From Massalongia carnosa (Eukaryota): a stretch of 64,000 nt of DNA. The notes below the pieces were generated by a model. It saw nothing but the letters and a program-made list of their open reading frames with translations, was not told the origin of the DNA and searched no databases. Positions 34,289 to 46,475 of the stretch are shown here, in pieces. Each line of letters opens with the position of its first letter. The first letter of the stretch is position 1. Where the stretch lies: assembly GCA_965645245.1 (NCBI GenBank), contig OZ287076.1:1922001-1986000 (forward strand), read 5' to 3'. Made by a program: the position numbers and the translations under genes.

Positions 34289-35208
34289 GAGCGTCTTCGC
34301 TTCGTAACCTTTGGTATATGAGCAAGTTCTCCGCCTCGTAGCCTTCGGTATGTGAGCGTTCTGCTTCGTATGAGCGTCTTCGCCTCGTAGCCGTCTGGTA
34401 TGTGAGCGTCTTCGCTTCGTAACCTTTGGTATATGAGCAAGTTCTCCGCCTCGTAGCCTTCGGTATGTGAGCGTTCTGCTTCGTATGAGCGTCTTCGCCT
34501 CGTAGCCGTCTGGTATGTGAGCGTCTTCGCTTCGTAACCTTTGGTATATGAGCAAGTTCTCCGCCTCGTAGCCTTCGGTATGTGAGCGTTCTGCTTCGTA
34601 TGAGCGTCTTCGCCTCGTAGCCGTCTGGTATGTGAGCGTCTTCGCTTCGTAACCTTTGGTATATGAGCAAGTTCTCCGCCTCGTAGCCTTCGGTATGTGA
34701 GCGTTCTGCTTCGTATGAGCGTCTTCGCCTCGTAGCCGTCTGGTATGTGAGCGTCTTCGCTTCGTAACCTTTGGTATATGAGCAAGTTCTCCGCCTCGTA
34801 GCCTTCGGTATGTGAGCGTTCTGCTTCGTATGAGCGTCTTCGCCTCGTAGCCGTCTGGTATGTGAGCGTCTTCGCTTCGTAACCTTTGGTATATGAGCAA
34901 GTTCTCCGCCTCGTAGCCTTCGGTATGTGAGCGTTCTGCTTCGTATGAGCGTCTTCGCCTCGTAGCCGTCTGGTATGTGAGCGTCTTCGCTTCGTAACCT
35001 TTGGTATATGAGCAAGTTCTCCGCCTCGTAGCCTTCGGTATGTGAGCGTTCTGCTTCGTATGAGCGTCTTCGCCTCGTAGCCGTCTGGTATGTGAGCGTC
35101 TTCGCTTCGTAACCTTTGGTATATGAGCAAGTTCTCCGCCTCGTAGCCTTCGGTATGTGAGCGTTCTGCTTCGTATGAGCGTCTTCGCCTCGTAGCCGTC
35201 TGGTATGT
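34289..35208. repeat. Eight perfect 115-bp tandem units in the Copia-B 5' leader
   Basis: Units start at 34289, 34404, 34519, 34634, 34749, 34864, 34979, 35094; each is built from ~4 GAGC..(C/T)TCGTA subrepeats. Confidence 0.97.
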
Positions 35209-36039
35209 GAGCGTTTGCCTCGTAGCCTTTGGTATATGAGCGTTCTACTTCGTATCCTTTCAGTACGTGGGCGTAGCACTCTTCCTATCTATTGTGGTAG
35301 GTGGTCAGGCGCATTGGCTTGATTCCACACCGCCATTTCAGAATTGGCTCCTTTTGGTAGCCAAGTGGGGTCGGATGCTACCTCATAGTAGCATTCTTAA
35401 CCCTCCTGCCTCACACCGCTCCTCCTGTTCTAGGTGCATTGCTCTGGGGGGTGTGGGGTATTTGTGGCCTGTCGCTAGCGAAGATTAATGAGCTTATGCG
35501 CTGGCCGGGCTCATAACCTGTAGAAGTATGAGGTTATATATTTTTGTTATATTGATGATTCTATGACTCTACTTCTAAGGTCTGAAATCCTCCTAGTCCA
35601 GGATGCGTGCCGCATACCGGAATAGGTCTACTGTTACACGTGACCATAATAATGTCTAGCGCCATAGGTTGGTATCCAACAAACCGTCTTCTGTTTGTTG
35701 GCCTTCTAGTCTATTAGGCCTCCGAATAGCTCCATTGCGTAGCCCTGCGAGCTGTACCTAGTCTGCAGGTCGTCAGCAAAACTGGAGTCACTGCTGACTA
35801 TCAGGACTTCTTTTGGTATGACTTCTCTTGGTATGATTATGCGACCGTCGAACATGATTGATAAGGTCCTTGTTGAAACGAGGTAACCAATCACCCTATT
35901 CACGAACTCGATTTGTCTGTGTGAGAGGTTGTTTAAATGTTCTGATAATTTGGAGGCCGAACTTGCTATATCAGGCCTTGTAATAACCGCAGGGAAATTG
36001 ACGTGCCCTACTTTCGTTTGGTATTGAAATATGTCTTGT

Positions 36040-39000
36040 TGTTTAAAATAGGAGGGATGGATGGAGAATGATGGACCCAATGCACAGAAAATAGGTGGCA
36101 GAGTGCCAGAAGTCTCTGGATAGTACAGAACTTCTATGAATGAAATAATTCAGGTTGTTGCGACTGATCTCTAAGCTATGCGTAGGAGTGATGTTATATA
36201 CATGTTGATCATAGAACATTCGAGATTCTACTCGAACGTCTATAGACCTGAATTTCTAAGCATCGAAGATACCAGAAATTCTCAGATGTAACTATTCCCA
36301 TATCAGTAAAATACGCGAGGGCATTCGCATATTACGTCAGATATGATCTAGCTGGCTTGGCATTCGCAACACTCCCACTGCAAAGTCAGCTGAGAAATTT
36401 TAACAGAAAAAATACCTGTATCCCTAACTCCTAAACCGTTTATCAATCTATGTCAATTCACCTCTTCCATATGCAATTTGAATTTGGTTTGGACCTGTTG
36501 TGTGCAATCTGATTTGGGTCCATTAGCTCCCACTGAGCCTGTGTTCCCCTTTTCTTATTCCACCTCTTGCACACCAAGCTTGGCTCGTAGTTCTTTGAAC
36601 ATGGTTGCTCCCAAGGGCTTGGTGAATATATCAGCTATCATCTCGTGTGTGGATACGTGACCAGTTGAAGCATAGCCATCGTTGATGACTTCGCGAAGGT
36701 AGTGGAGTTGGATGTCTATGTGTTTTGATCGGCTATGATGCTCGGGGTTTCTGATCAAGTCGAGGGTTCCCTGATTATCACCGTTCAGCTTGATCGGGAA
36801 GTTCATATGCTTGCCAAATCCCAATTCATTCATCCACCTTGTCACCCATACGATATCCTTGCCTGCTTGGCACATGGATGAATATTCTGCCTCCATTGTT
36901 GACGTAACCACTGATCGTTGCTTCTTGCTTGCCCAAATCACTGCCCCATTGCCCAATAACATTGTATGCCCGTAGGTTGACTTGCGGTCATTGACGTCAT
37001 CGCCGTATGCGGCATCCGCAAAGCTAATGAGATCACCGTTACGGTTATGGTCGTATACGAGGGCTAGGTCGGCTGTCCCTTTGAGATATTTGAGGACTCG
37101 GTCAAGGGCTGTTCGGTGCCTCATGGCTGGATCATGCGTGTACTGACTGAGTTTTCCAACTGCAAAAGCGAGGTCTGGCCTCGTGCTTACCATAGCGTAC
37201 ATGACACTGCCAATACGCTTCTGATATTCTAATTGATTGGTTCTGGGCTCGTCAGCCGTTGCAGGTGTAAGGCTTTCTTTCCCGTCTAGTGGTGTTAGTA
37301 CTGGATTGGCGTTATCCATCTGGTAATCGCGAAGGAAGTTCTTGATGTAGTTGGATTGATCGAGGAAAACCCGTTTTCCTTCACGTCGAATGCGAATACC
37401 CAACACGTACTGTGCTGGCCCTAGGTCTTTCATTTTGTACTCACGATTTAATAGCTCTTTGACATCTTTGATCGCTGCCTTGCTCTTTGAGAAAATTAGT
37501 AAATCATCTACGTACAACGCGATGATTACGTGCGAGGTTTGGTTGACAAAGACGCAATTATCGCCTGTGAGGGTCTTATAGCCAATAGAACGCAGGAATT
37601 TAGATATTCTTTTGTTCCACTCTCGTCCAGATTGCTTCAATCCGTAAAGGCCCTTCCGTAGTCGTAATACGCAGTCTTCATAGCCTGGTGGTGGCGTGAG
37701 GCCTTCGGGCATCTCCATGTAAATAATTTCTTCTAGATCCGCTTTAAGATAGGCATTCGGAACATCATTTTGCTCGATTTCAAACCCGAAGTATGCTGCG
37801 AGCGACAAAAGCATCCGCAAAGATTCCTGACGGAGTGTGGGTGAAAAGGTCTCCTCGTAATCTAGGCCGAATATTTGTGTATATCCTCGTGCAACTAGGC
37901 GGGCCTTGTAGCGGTCTATGAAATTGTTGACCGTATATTTTATCTTGAATACCCATTTGGACGTCACGATATTTCTGCCATGCGGCCGCTTACAATACTC
38001 CCATGTGCCATTAGCAATGAGGGCACAAAGCTCCTCGTCTATTGCTATTAGCCATTTACGCCAGTCAATGCATTTGATGGCTTCTTTATAGGAGCGGGGT
38101 TCGGATAGCTTGGGGGTTTGATAAACTTGCTTGTGACCACTCTGGTCTAGGTTTGCGTCCATGTCTGCTTTCCGAGCTATATGCCCGTGTGCTTTATCGA
38201 AGCCGTACTTATCAAATGGCTTTCGCTCCCGCGTTGATCGACGAGTAGGCTTATTAGTAGAGGTTTGTATGGTGGAAGAAGAAGAATTGATGGTTGATGA
38301 AGATACGGAAGTGGAAGGGTTCGTAGGAGTGGAAGAGTTTCGATTATGATTTTGCGACCGGAATGTTGAACCATCTGGTCGCTGATAAGCATTAGGGGAT
38401 GAATCAGTGATAAATTGCTGATTTTCAGGATTTGATCCTGAATCCCCTCCTGAATTTTCGTCTCTAACCTGATTTTGAACACCCTCAGGCGCTCCCACTT
38501 GATCAGAATCAGGTTTATTTGTGTCATCCTCGTTATCAGTCCTATTGTCGGCAGCATCATTAGTGACGCCGGACTGTACGAATAACTCGCGATCCTCATT
38601 TGGTTTTGCTCCTCCTAGAATAATCCCGCCGGGTGTGTTTTCTAGGAACTTAATTGAAGTATGCCATTCTACCTTGCTCGTTTTTGGATTATAAATGCGA
38701 TATTGGTTTGAAGAGTGATATCCGACGAAAATTCCTTGCCAGGATACTTTATCCGGCTTGGATCGATTTTCCTTCGGGATATGAACGTGAACCAAGCAGC
38801 CAAAGGTGCGTAGATGGCTAATGTCCGGTTTTTGCTCCGTCCATTTTTCTTCGGGTGACTGGTTAACTTTGGCGGTAGGGAGGAGGTTTCTGAGATAGTT
38901 AGCAGTCATTGCTGCTTCTCCCCAGAAGGAATGAGGCAATTTCGCCCATACGAGCATGGACCTAATCATTTGAACGATTGTTCGGTTATATCGTTCCACA

Positions 39001-41535
39001 ACTCCATTCTGTTCTGGAGTATACGGTGTAGTGGGTTCAGCGCGAATGCCATCGGGTCGAATAAGTTCCATGAATTTCTTGTACTCCTTAGCATTGTCGC
39101 ATCGGAATTTGATTACCTGCTGATTCTTTTCTCTTTCAACGAAATTCATCCATTCTTTGATAGCTCCATAAATGGTTCGTCGGTTTTTAAGGAGAATTAG
39201 CCAGGACTTCCGTGTAAAGTCATCAATCAATGAAATAAAGTACGAATGGCCTCCGAGGCTAGCCGTACGATAGGGGCCCCAGATATCCGTGTGAATCCTG
39301 GCCAATGGCCGGACTGTTTTCGAAAACGGCTCGTGACTGACCACTCGAGTTAACTTGGTAAAGTTGCAGATAGAACATGAAAGTTGTGTAACAGTTGATG
39401 AAAAGGAAGTTATTCCAGACGCATAGCGGTATAAATCCTGGAGTCGTTTTGGGCTGGGGTGACCCATTCGGGCGTGCCACAGCCTGTATTCACGCTCTTC
39501 TGGCCTTTCTTGACCTACAGGTGATACCGATTTTTCTCGCGTGCAATCTCTTGCTGTTATTGTAGGCTTGTTCGACGATTTAGGATCTTCGGGGTTGGCT
39601 TCCTCGATATTTTCGCTGATTTCCGCGAATGCCTGTAAGGCAACCTGAGAGGTCCGCAAGAAATACGTACGTCCTCTAAGAAAACCGCTGGCCACTGAGG
39701 TACCCTTCCGCAGGATCTCCACACCTTTTCCATGAAACAAGACATTTAACCCCTTTTTGTTTAATGCCGAAATAGACAGTAGGTTTGCATCCAGTTGGGA
39801 TACGTATAAAACGTCGGTCATGCGAATGGCAACACCATCGATATCCACAGAAATATCACCCTTACCCTTGCTCCAAAGCCTCTGGCCATTAGCAATTCGA
39901 ATTGGGGTGCGGTGGTATTCGAATTTCGTGAAGATATTTCGCATATAGGTCATATGACGTGAAGCACCAGAGTCTAGCATCCAGCCACTAGTTTTATCCT
40001 CTGCACCTTCACGGACTTCAAAAATTTCTTCTAATTTTTCAACTTTCTCATCAATAACCTCCTCTTTTATATCCACGGCCATCCACCCCTCATCCTCACT
40101 GGCACCATCGTCAAAGTCCTCTTCATTGGCCGGCCGGGCAGTGCCTTTGCTTCGGCCACTGAAGTTGGAAGAACTGGTATTGCTCGTGGAGGTAGGCCTA
40201 GTGGTACTCCGTGATTTCAATTTGGGTACAGGTTTTGATGTTTCGGATTTGGACTTCGGTTTCCTCCGTTGCTCAGGATGGGTGCGTTCCCATTCCTGGC
40301 CTTCGTCGGTGTCATCAAGCCAGCTCCAGCAATAGATTCGGATATGTCCAAGTTTCCCGCAATGGTCGCACTTCTTTGGTGGCCCTTTACCCTTTTTTGC
40401 ATTCGCTCGATGGGCATCCTCGACAGAGTCATCCTTTTCGAATTTTAGTCGCTGCTCCGTCGCTTTCAAGGCCTCCTTAGTTGCTTCCAAGGTAAGCTCG
40501 GGTTCCCGTTCCAATAAAAGCTTTGTTGTATCAAATGCAGGGTCCTCCACGGCACTCATCAGGGCTATGGCCATCAACGCATCGTGAGGCTCAAACTCCG
40601 ATTTTATGTCCGCAATCTGGACTCGTAAGGTCTCAAGGGCCCCTGCTATATCATCGATGGAGTCGCTGGATCCAGCCTTGTAGGTATAGAATCGCTTCAA
40701 TAAATAGTTGATTCTTCCTCTGGCGTGGACTCCATGGACCTTCTTTAGAGCGTCCCAGGCGGCTTTGGATGTTGTTTTGTTTCGAAGGTGAGTCAATTGG
40801 CTTTTCTCACAGTTGGCCCGTATCCATTTCAATGCGTTGGTATCATCGTGGTCCCATTCGTCAAAGTCTTTTGGTCGGGTTACTGTATCTGGTTGAGGGG
40901 TTTTTCCTTCTACTAACTTGAGGACTCTCATAGATTTAAGCTGAATCCACATCTCTTCCGCCCAGGTTAAATAATTATCGGCACCTAGCTTGGGCTCTAC
41001 CCTTATATCCCCTTTCCTTACCGCTTTTGTATACTGCCCATCGGGGCCAGAAGATGAAGAGGAAGGAGGGGAAGGGCTGGTCATACTTGCTGGTGTATTA
41101 GGGTCTGTGGAGTCGCGTTGGTCCGCCATCTCGTTATGTATAACCTCGAAACTAACACAAGAAAATCACTCGGCAGCACTATAGGCTAACCGGGCTCATA
41201 ACCTGTTTAAAATAGGAGGGATGGATGGAGAATGATGGACCCAATGCACAGAAAATAGGTGGCAGAGTGCCAGAAGTCTCTGGATAGTACAGAACTTCTA
41301 TGAATGAAATAATTCAGGTTGTTGCGACTGATCTCTAAGCTATGCGTAGGAGTGATGTTATATACATGTTGATCATAGAACATTCGAGATTCTACTCGAA
41401 CGTCTATAGACCTGAATTTCTAAGCATCGAAGATACCAGAAATTCTCAGATGTAACTATTCCCATATCAGTAAAATACGCGAGGGCATTCGCATATTACG
41501 TCAGATATGATCTAGCTGGCTTGGCATTCGCAACA
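36040..41535 (-). mobile_element. Copia-C: young intact copia (332-bp LTRs 36040-36371 and 41204-41535)
   Basis: TSD CTTGT; LTRs appear identical; PBS GGTTATGAGCCCGG. Confidence 0.97.
36555..41129 (-). CDS. Copia-C single gag-pol polyprotein (1524 aa)
   Basis: CDHCGKLGHIRIYC knuckle, WMLDSGASRH, HTDIWGP, LYVDDLL, FADAAY, KHIDIQLHY. Confidence 0.97.
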   Translation of the reverse strand: MADQRDSTDPNTPASMTSPSPPSSSSSGPDGQYTKAVRKGDIRVEPKLGADNYLTWAEEMWIQLKSMRVLKLVEGKTPQPDTVTRPKDFDEWDHDDTNALKWIRANCEKSQLTHLRNKTTSKAAWDALKKVHGVHARGRINYLLKRFYTYKAGSSDSIDDIAGALETLRVQIADIKSEFEPHDALMAIALMSAVEDPAFDTTKLLLEREPELTLEATKEALKATEQRLKFEKDDSVEDAHRANAKKGKGPPKKCDHCGKLGHIRIYCWSWLDDTDEGQEWERTHPEQRRKPKSKSETSKPVPKLKSRSTTRPTSTSNTSSSNFSGRSKGTARPANEEDFDDGASEDEGWMAVDIKEEVIDEKVEKLEEIFEVREGAEDKTSGWMLDSGASRHMTYMRNIFTKFEYHRTPIRIANGQRLWSKGKGDISVDIDGVAIRMTDVLYVSQLDANLLSISALNKKGLNVLFHGKGVEILRKGTSVASGFLRGRTYFLRTSQVALQAFAEISENIEEANPEDPKSSNKPTITARDCTREKSVSPVGQERPEEREYRLWHARMGHPSPKRLQDLYRYASGITSFSSTVTQLSCSICNFTKLTRVVSHEPFSKTVRPLARIHTDIWGPYRTASLGGHSYFISLIDDFTRKSWLILLKNRRTIYGAIKEWMNFVEREKNQQVIKFRCDNAKEYKKFMELIRPDGIRAEPTTPYTPEQNGVVERYNRTIVQMIRSMLVWAKLPHSFWGEAAMTANYLRNLLPTAKVNQSPEEKWTEQKPDISHLRTFGCLVHVHIPKENRSKPDKVSWQGIFVGYHSSNQYRIYNPKTSKVEWHTSIKFLENTPGGIILGGAKPNEDRELFVQSGVTNDAADNRTDNEDDTNKPDSDQVGAPEGVQNQVRDENSGGDSGSNPENQQFITDSSPNAYQRPDGSTFRSQNHNRNSSTPTNPSTSVSSSTINSSSSTIQTSTNKPTRRSTRERKPFDKYGFDKAHGHIARKADMDANLDQSGHKQVYQTPKLSEPRSYKEAIKCIDWRKWLIAIDEELCALIANGTWEYCKRPHGRNIVTSKWVFKIKYTVNNFIDRYKARLVARGYTQIFGLDYEETFSPTLRQESLRMLLSLAAYFGFEIEQNDVPNAYLKADLEEIIYMEMPEGLTPPPGYEDCVLRLRKGLYGLKQSGREWNKRISKFLRSIGYKTLTGDNCVFVNQTSHVIIALYVDDLLIFSKSKAAIKDVKELLNREYKMKDLGPAQYVLGIRIRREGKRVFLDQSNYIKNFLRDYQMDNANPVLTPLDGKESLTPATADEPRTNQLEYQKRIGSVMYAMVSTRPDLAFAVGKLSQYTHDPAMRHRTALDRVLKYLKGTADLALVYDHNRNGDLISFADAAYGDDVNDRKSTYGHTMLLGNGAVIWASKKQRSVVTSTMEAEYSSMCQAGKDIVWVTRWMNELGFGKHMNFPIKLNGDNQGTLDLIRNPEHHSRSKHIDIQLHYLREVINDGYASTGHVSTHEMIADIFTKPLGATMFKELRAKLGVQEVE

Positions 41536-44500
41536 CTTGTGCAGTGGCGATGCCGTTGAATTCGGGAATATCTTCAACTGGTAGCGGCGAGGTCTTTGCA
41601 TTGACCGCGGTGATGTTGAACTTTGCACCTATTTTGTCGATATAACTGTCCTGGCATAGCCACAGTTTCCTTGAGATCCTATCCCTAGTGACCCGTATGC
41701 CCAAGAACCACTCAATTTCACCTAAGGCCTTCATTTCATATTTGTTAAAGAGTTTTGCTTCGAAAGCATCAACGTATGCTGAGTAGCGTTTATCATAGAT
41801 GACGCATATGTCATCTACGAAGAAAAACACTATCACATAGCTGTTGGTGTAAATGCATTCGACCCCAGGGAGAGATTCTAGCCCTAGCTCTATTAGAGTG
41901 CTTGATAAATCGTTGTGCCATAGTGCTGGTGACTGTTTTAGCCCGTAGAGTGCCCGGAGAAGACGTAATATAACGTTCGAGTTGCCAGTCTATCCTGGTG
42001 GAAGCCTACAGTATGTTGTTTCGTTGATTAGTGAATTAGCAAATGCATTCACTGCATCGTACTGCCTCGTATTTAGGTCAAATGATGCGACGAGGGCCAT
42101 CAGGAATCGAAACAGGCGTGCAGCTAATGTGGCTGCATACGTATCGAAATTCCCTCTAGCCACCAAACGCGCCTTATGTTTAACAAGCCAGCCGTCCTCA
42201 TCAAATTTATACTTGTAGACCCACATGGTAGGGACTGATTGCTTGTGTATGGCCTCATCCTTAGCCACCTCTTCCCACGTGCCTTTGCGTTGTAATTCCT
42301 TTATCTCCACCCGCATTGCCTCTTTGAACGCCTCGCAGTATGGGTGCCTAGCCAGTTCCTTGAACCCTTTCGGCGCGGCTGGCATATTGTCTCGATGTGG
42401 ACAAGTATGAGGTCGCTCCAAGGATGAGGTTATCCTGGTCGTAAATGCTAAAGCTGGACGATAGGCCGAACCTATGGTGAGGGCTGCAAATGAGGCGTGA
42501 AAAGGGTCTGTTGATCCTTGACCAACTTCCTCCAACTGTGTTGCGTACACATTATGACGCGTGGTTCTTTGCCGTTTTGACCCTTCAGGTAAGATGAGGT
42601 CGTCGTCTAGGTCTGCTGAAATTGTTTGAGCCTGTGGTGCTATGTTCCTTGACCTCAATGGCCTCATAGCACGCGCACGCCTCATTATCGGTAGAGACCT
42701 GTAGCATCATCACCATCACCCCCCAGTGTGCTTGGTGAGGGACTAAGGGACGGTGTAGTTGTAGGAAGGATGTTTGGTGCTGTGTCATGAGGCCTCTTTA
42801 TAGATGGCCCACCAAGTCCTATACTAGGCTCTTCCGTTATAACAGGCTTTTCCGCGATAGCAGGTGAATTTGCAAATAATTCGTCAAAGGTGCTACGATG
42901 TTTTTCGTCCTCAGCATCTAACTCAGCGAGTGCATTTCGCATGCGATCAGTAATGATGTAGCGTGCATTATCTCCGGTGGTAGAGAGGAAATGCAACAGG
43001 TCTGGTGGGTCAACAAGGCTATGGACCTCGTCCTCATCGAAAAGGACCTCCCTTGATCGTATGATTTTGCGCCTTGATGGTATCCAAATTCTGAAGATTT
43101 TTATTGAATCATAGCCTACCAAATATCCTGTATGGGCCCTAGGTTCCAGTTTTTGCTTCCTTGGTATGTGATGTTTCAACGCGTAGGCCTTACATCCGTA
43201 GACCTTCAAATGTGATAAATTAGGCTTTTGGCCGGTGACTAGTTCGTAAGGGGTCTTCCAGTTATGTTTCGCCATAGGTGTGCGATTTGCCAAATAGCAA
43301 GCAGTGTGAATAGCCTCAACCCACAGGTAGTGAGGCAACTCGGCCTCTATCCGCAATGCCCTTGCCTTTATAGCCAACATCTTGCCTTTGCGTTCCGCAT
43401 ACCCGTTCTATTCAGGCGTATCAGGACTACTAGGTTCCAAGGTGATTCCTAGGCCTTTGATTTCATCTCTAAAAGCGGTGTCAAAAGAACCCTCGTTGTC
43501 AGAACGTATGAACACGACGTCGCGTTTAAACCTCCATTTTATCATAGCGATCGTGTTCAAAATGAACTCTCTGCATTCAGACTTGCTGCGATGAGTCTCT
43601 AAAATGTTGAAGTCAGTAGCCATACAGGCTATGTGGGTCGCCCATTCGTGCCCATTTAATGACATCTCAAAAGGCATCAGGTCTATGGAAATACGATGAA
43701 AAGGCTCCGTTTTATCTTCTGATTTGTTGGTGGATCGAGAGATTATTCGTTGAATTTTCAACGCACACGTCTTAAATTGATTTGTTTTAGGGACTTCCGA
43801 CTCCAGGACTTTTATTCCCTCTGCTGATTTCTCCAAGTGGCTGATTGTTTCACCGGATGGGTGACCCATTATCCTATGCCATTCCTCCGCAGCCTTGCTC
43901 CGTATAGCCTCAGTCGCGTAGGCCGAAGGATTGGTTGCTGTTGATTCAGGTTCCGGCTCAATTTTCGCAACCCCCTCTGGAAATGGATATAGGAGTCCTG
44001 TGGCCGAGAAAGTAAGGTACGATTCATGGCGATGGAGGCAAAAGCAGACTTTAGTAGGGTCGTCGCCGGTGAACAAATGAGGTCCTCTAGAATTCAGGCT
44101 TACATTCTTGCTTTCTAAAAGAGCACCTGAAACAATACCGTCATAAAATTTGCTGCATAGGCCACGTTTTGAAGAGATGCTCCATATAGTCCGTTAGGTG
44201 TCTCAAAGGCGGTGTGCATCACCCCCCAGCTTTCGATTCTGACCTTGTCAGTTCCTGATTGCAGATACTCATCGCTATGTGAGTTCCTGATTTTCTTATA
44301 GAGGTGGGCCGACCACCTATTGCAAATGTGCACTGATGAGGCCGCGTCATGAATTAGCAGAGACTCCATGCCAGAAACGTCTGTGGCAAATGCAGAATTA
44401 TCAGTCGTGACGAATGCACCACCACCTTCAGTCCTTGATGCAATTGTAGGAGTATTGGCTGTTTTAGACGATGAAGATGCATTTGAATTTTCGGCCTGAC

Positions 44501-45334
44501 GTTTTAGAAAGCCCTCGACCCTTTCTTTCGTTTCTTTATTTTTTAATGCCTCATCGACCTTTTTCCTTTTCTCTGGATCCTCCTTCCATCCTAGTGGTGC
44601 TTTACTATGAACGAGGTAGGGACAATTGGAATAAAACATGTTATCACTACAGATGCACATGGGCCCCCTCCCTTCCCTGCATTTATTATTCTTGTCCTTC
44701 CCTTCCTGATCTCTGCCTTTGAGGGTAGGTTTTGCCTGAGTTGCTAGGGCGGCCGGGTTTCTTAATGCTAAGGTCAGATTTTCGCGATAATCCTCTCGCA
44801 GGCTTTCTATCTCCTGTTCCATGGTGAATTGTTGTTGTTGACGGCCTAGGCCTAGAACTAAGTTCTCGGCCATGCCTTGGTTCTGTATCTCGATGTTCTT
44901 ACGAAATCCCCGTCGATTGCTAGCATAATAAGGGTTGAAGGTCTTGACAGCTAGCAAAAAATTGCGGATGGCCCTTTCGCCAGTGATCTCGAAAATCTTT
45001 CGCCTTTTGGCCTCATGATACATATCTGTCCACTCATCTAGCCAAGCTTCTATGTTCTGATTTCCAGGTCCTTTGGCCAGACGATGGAACTTCCTTTCCA
45101 CTTCGAGAGAAAGGCTTGAGCTAGAGGGTTTAAGCCGTTGTTTCAGAGCTGTGAGGGTGTCGTATGGGTCCTGTTCCGTATAGGCCGTATGATTCACCAT
45201 CCGTGCTGAAACTGACTCGAGAATGAGGGTATGCACCCTGGTCAATGCTTTGTCCTGCTTTTCATACAAATCCTTTTCCTAGTCGTAATATAATTTGTTC
45301 ATCTTCCATACTTCTAAATCAGCACTGCTTATTT

Positions 45335-46475
45335 ATTTGGGTCTGGGTAGGGGCAATCCTCGTGAATATGGATTTATTTGGGGTTATATGTCTCGTCGCC
45401 CCCGAGTCTATAATCCACAGCTTTGGTGATAAGTTCTTCGAGCTTCGACCAGTAACATCTTTATCTAGGGCCATCCACCCCTCTTCTCCTTCACTACTCT
45501 CGTCCTCACTTGATTCGGGGGATTCCTGCGCCTTCCTAGCTCGGCCCCGGCTCTTCGCTGAAGACTTTCGTGCTGATGAGAGTGGCCTTCGTCTCTTCTT
45601 ATCGTTTGATCTTTTTGCCTCATCGGTCTCTTGCTTCGGGTGTTTCTTCGCATAGCGTCGGCCGTCCTCGGTATTCTCCAGCCAATCGGAGCAATAGTAT
45701 TTAATGTGACCGTTCTTCCGGCAGTGATAGCAAGTCCATTTCTTGCCTCTTTGTATGCTGACTCGGTGGTAGAAGTGTTGGCATCCTTCAGCTTCATTTC
45801 CACCGCCTTCAATCTCTCCACGGTATATGCTAGCGATAGGTCCTTCATCTCCTCCAGGTGGAACTTGGCCAAGTCATAGGCCTCGTTGTCAATTGCCCTC
45901 ATGAGAGCCCAGGCTGTCATAAGGTCGGATGGGGTTTCTTCGGGACGTACGTTTATTATCATATCCTGGATTTTGCATAATTCCATCTTTATTTCCTCGA
46001 TGGACTCTGATGCTCCGGCTTTATAGGTGAAGAACCTAGTCATTAGATGGACCAACCTCCCTTGAGTAAACTTCCCATGCACTTGCTGAAGTGCCTCCCA
46101 TGCGGCCTTGGCCGTTGTGCACTTCTTCGTGTGGGGATGCTGGGGGTCTTCGCAGTTCGCATGTATCCACATTCGGGCTTGCTTGTCATCGAGGCACCAT
46201 TCTTTATAGTCCTTCGGTCTGGAGTTTCTATCGGGCATTGGTTCCGATCCATCGATCAACCTCCACAACTCCTTCGCATCGAGCCAGAGCTGCATCGAAT
46301 CTGCCCAGTCGATGTAATTATCAGCATTTACCTTCTTTACCTTAATTTCGCCCTTCCGGACGGCCTTCTCGTACGAATTATCTGGTAGGAGTATAGGGAC
46401 AGGGGGATCGCGAATAGCCTCGCCCATCTTCATCGCCAATGACCCGGGCGCAGGGGAGTCAGTGTTGCTGGCCAT
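45335..46475 (-). pseudogene. gag: Copia-E gag and protease (frameshifted)
   Basis: Similar to Copia-C gag (KAVRKGEIKV..ADNY..WA); continues to WIIDSGATRH before switching to Copia-D sequence. Confidence 0.85.

Larger units (their letters stand above)
29405..35681 (-). mobile_element. Copia-B: young, apparently intact copia (163-bp identical LTRs 29405-29567 and 35519-35681)
   Basis: TSD AACCG; PBS GGTTATGAGCCCGG; PPT at 29568-29574; uninterrupted gag and pol frames. Confidence 0.97.
28891..45335 (-). mobile_element. Copia-D: degenerate copia (pieces 28891-29404, 35687-36039, 41541-~45335) hosting Copia-B and Copia-C; 5' LTR missing, 3' LTR nearly gone
   Basis: gag (44115-45269), IN (WHRIMGH, IRSDNEG), RT (FFVDDI), RH (SSDSSFADD, KLRHVDIHSHWLRQEV) are continuous once B and C are removed; many frameshifts and stops. 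Confidence 0.85.

Noticed and set aside
34289..35208. CRISPR-like appearance of the regular array
   Set aside because: The units are identical with no unique spacers, the context is eukaryotic and there are no cas genes; it is a tandem repeat in a copia leader.
35507..35518. Possible tRNA-Met gene (GGGCTCATAACC)
   Set aside because: Only 12-15 nt match and there is no cloverleaf; these are primer-binding sites.
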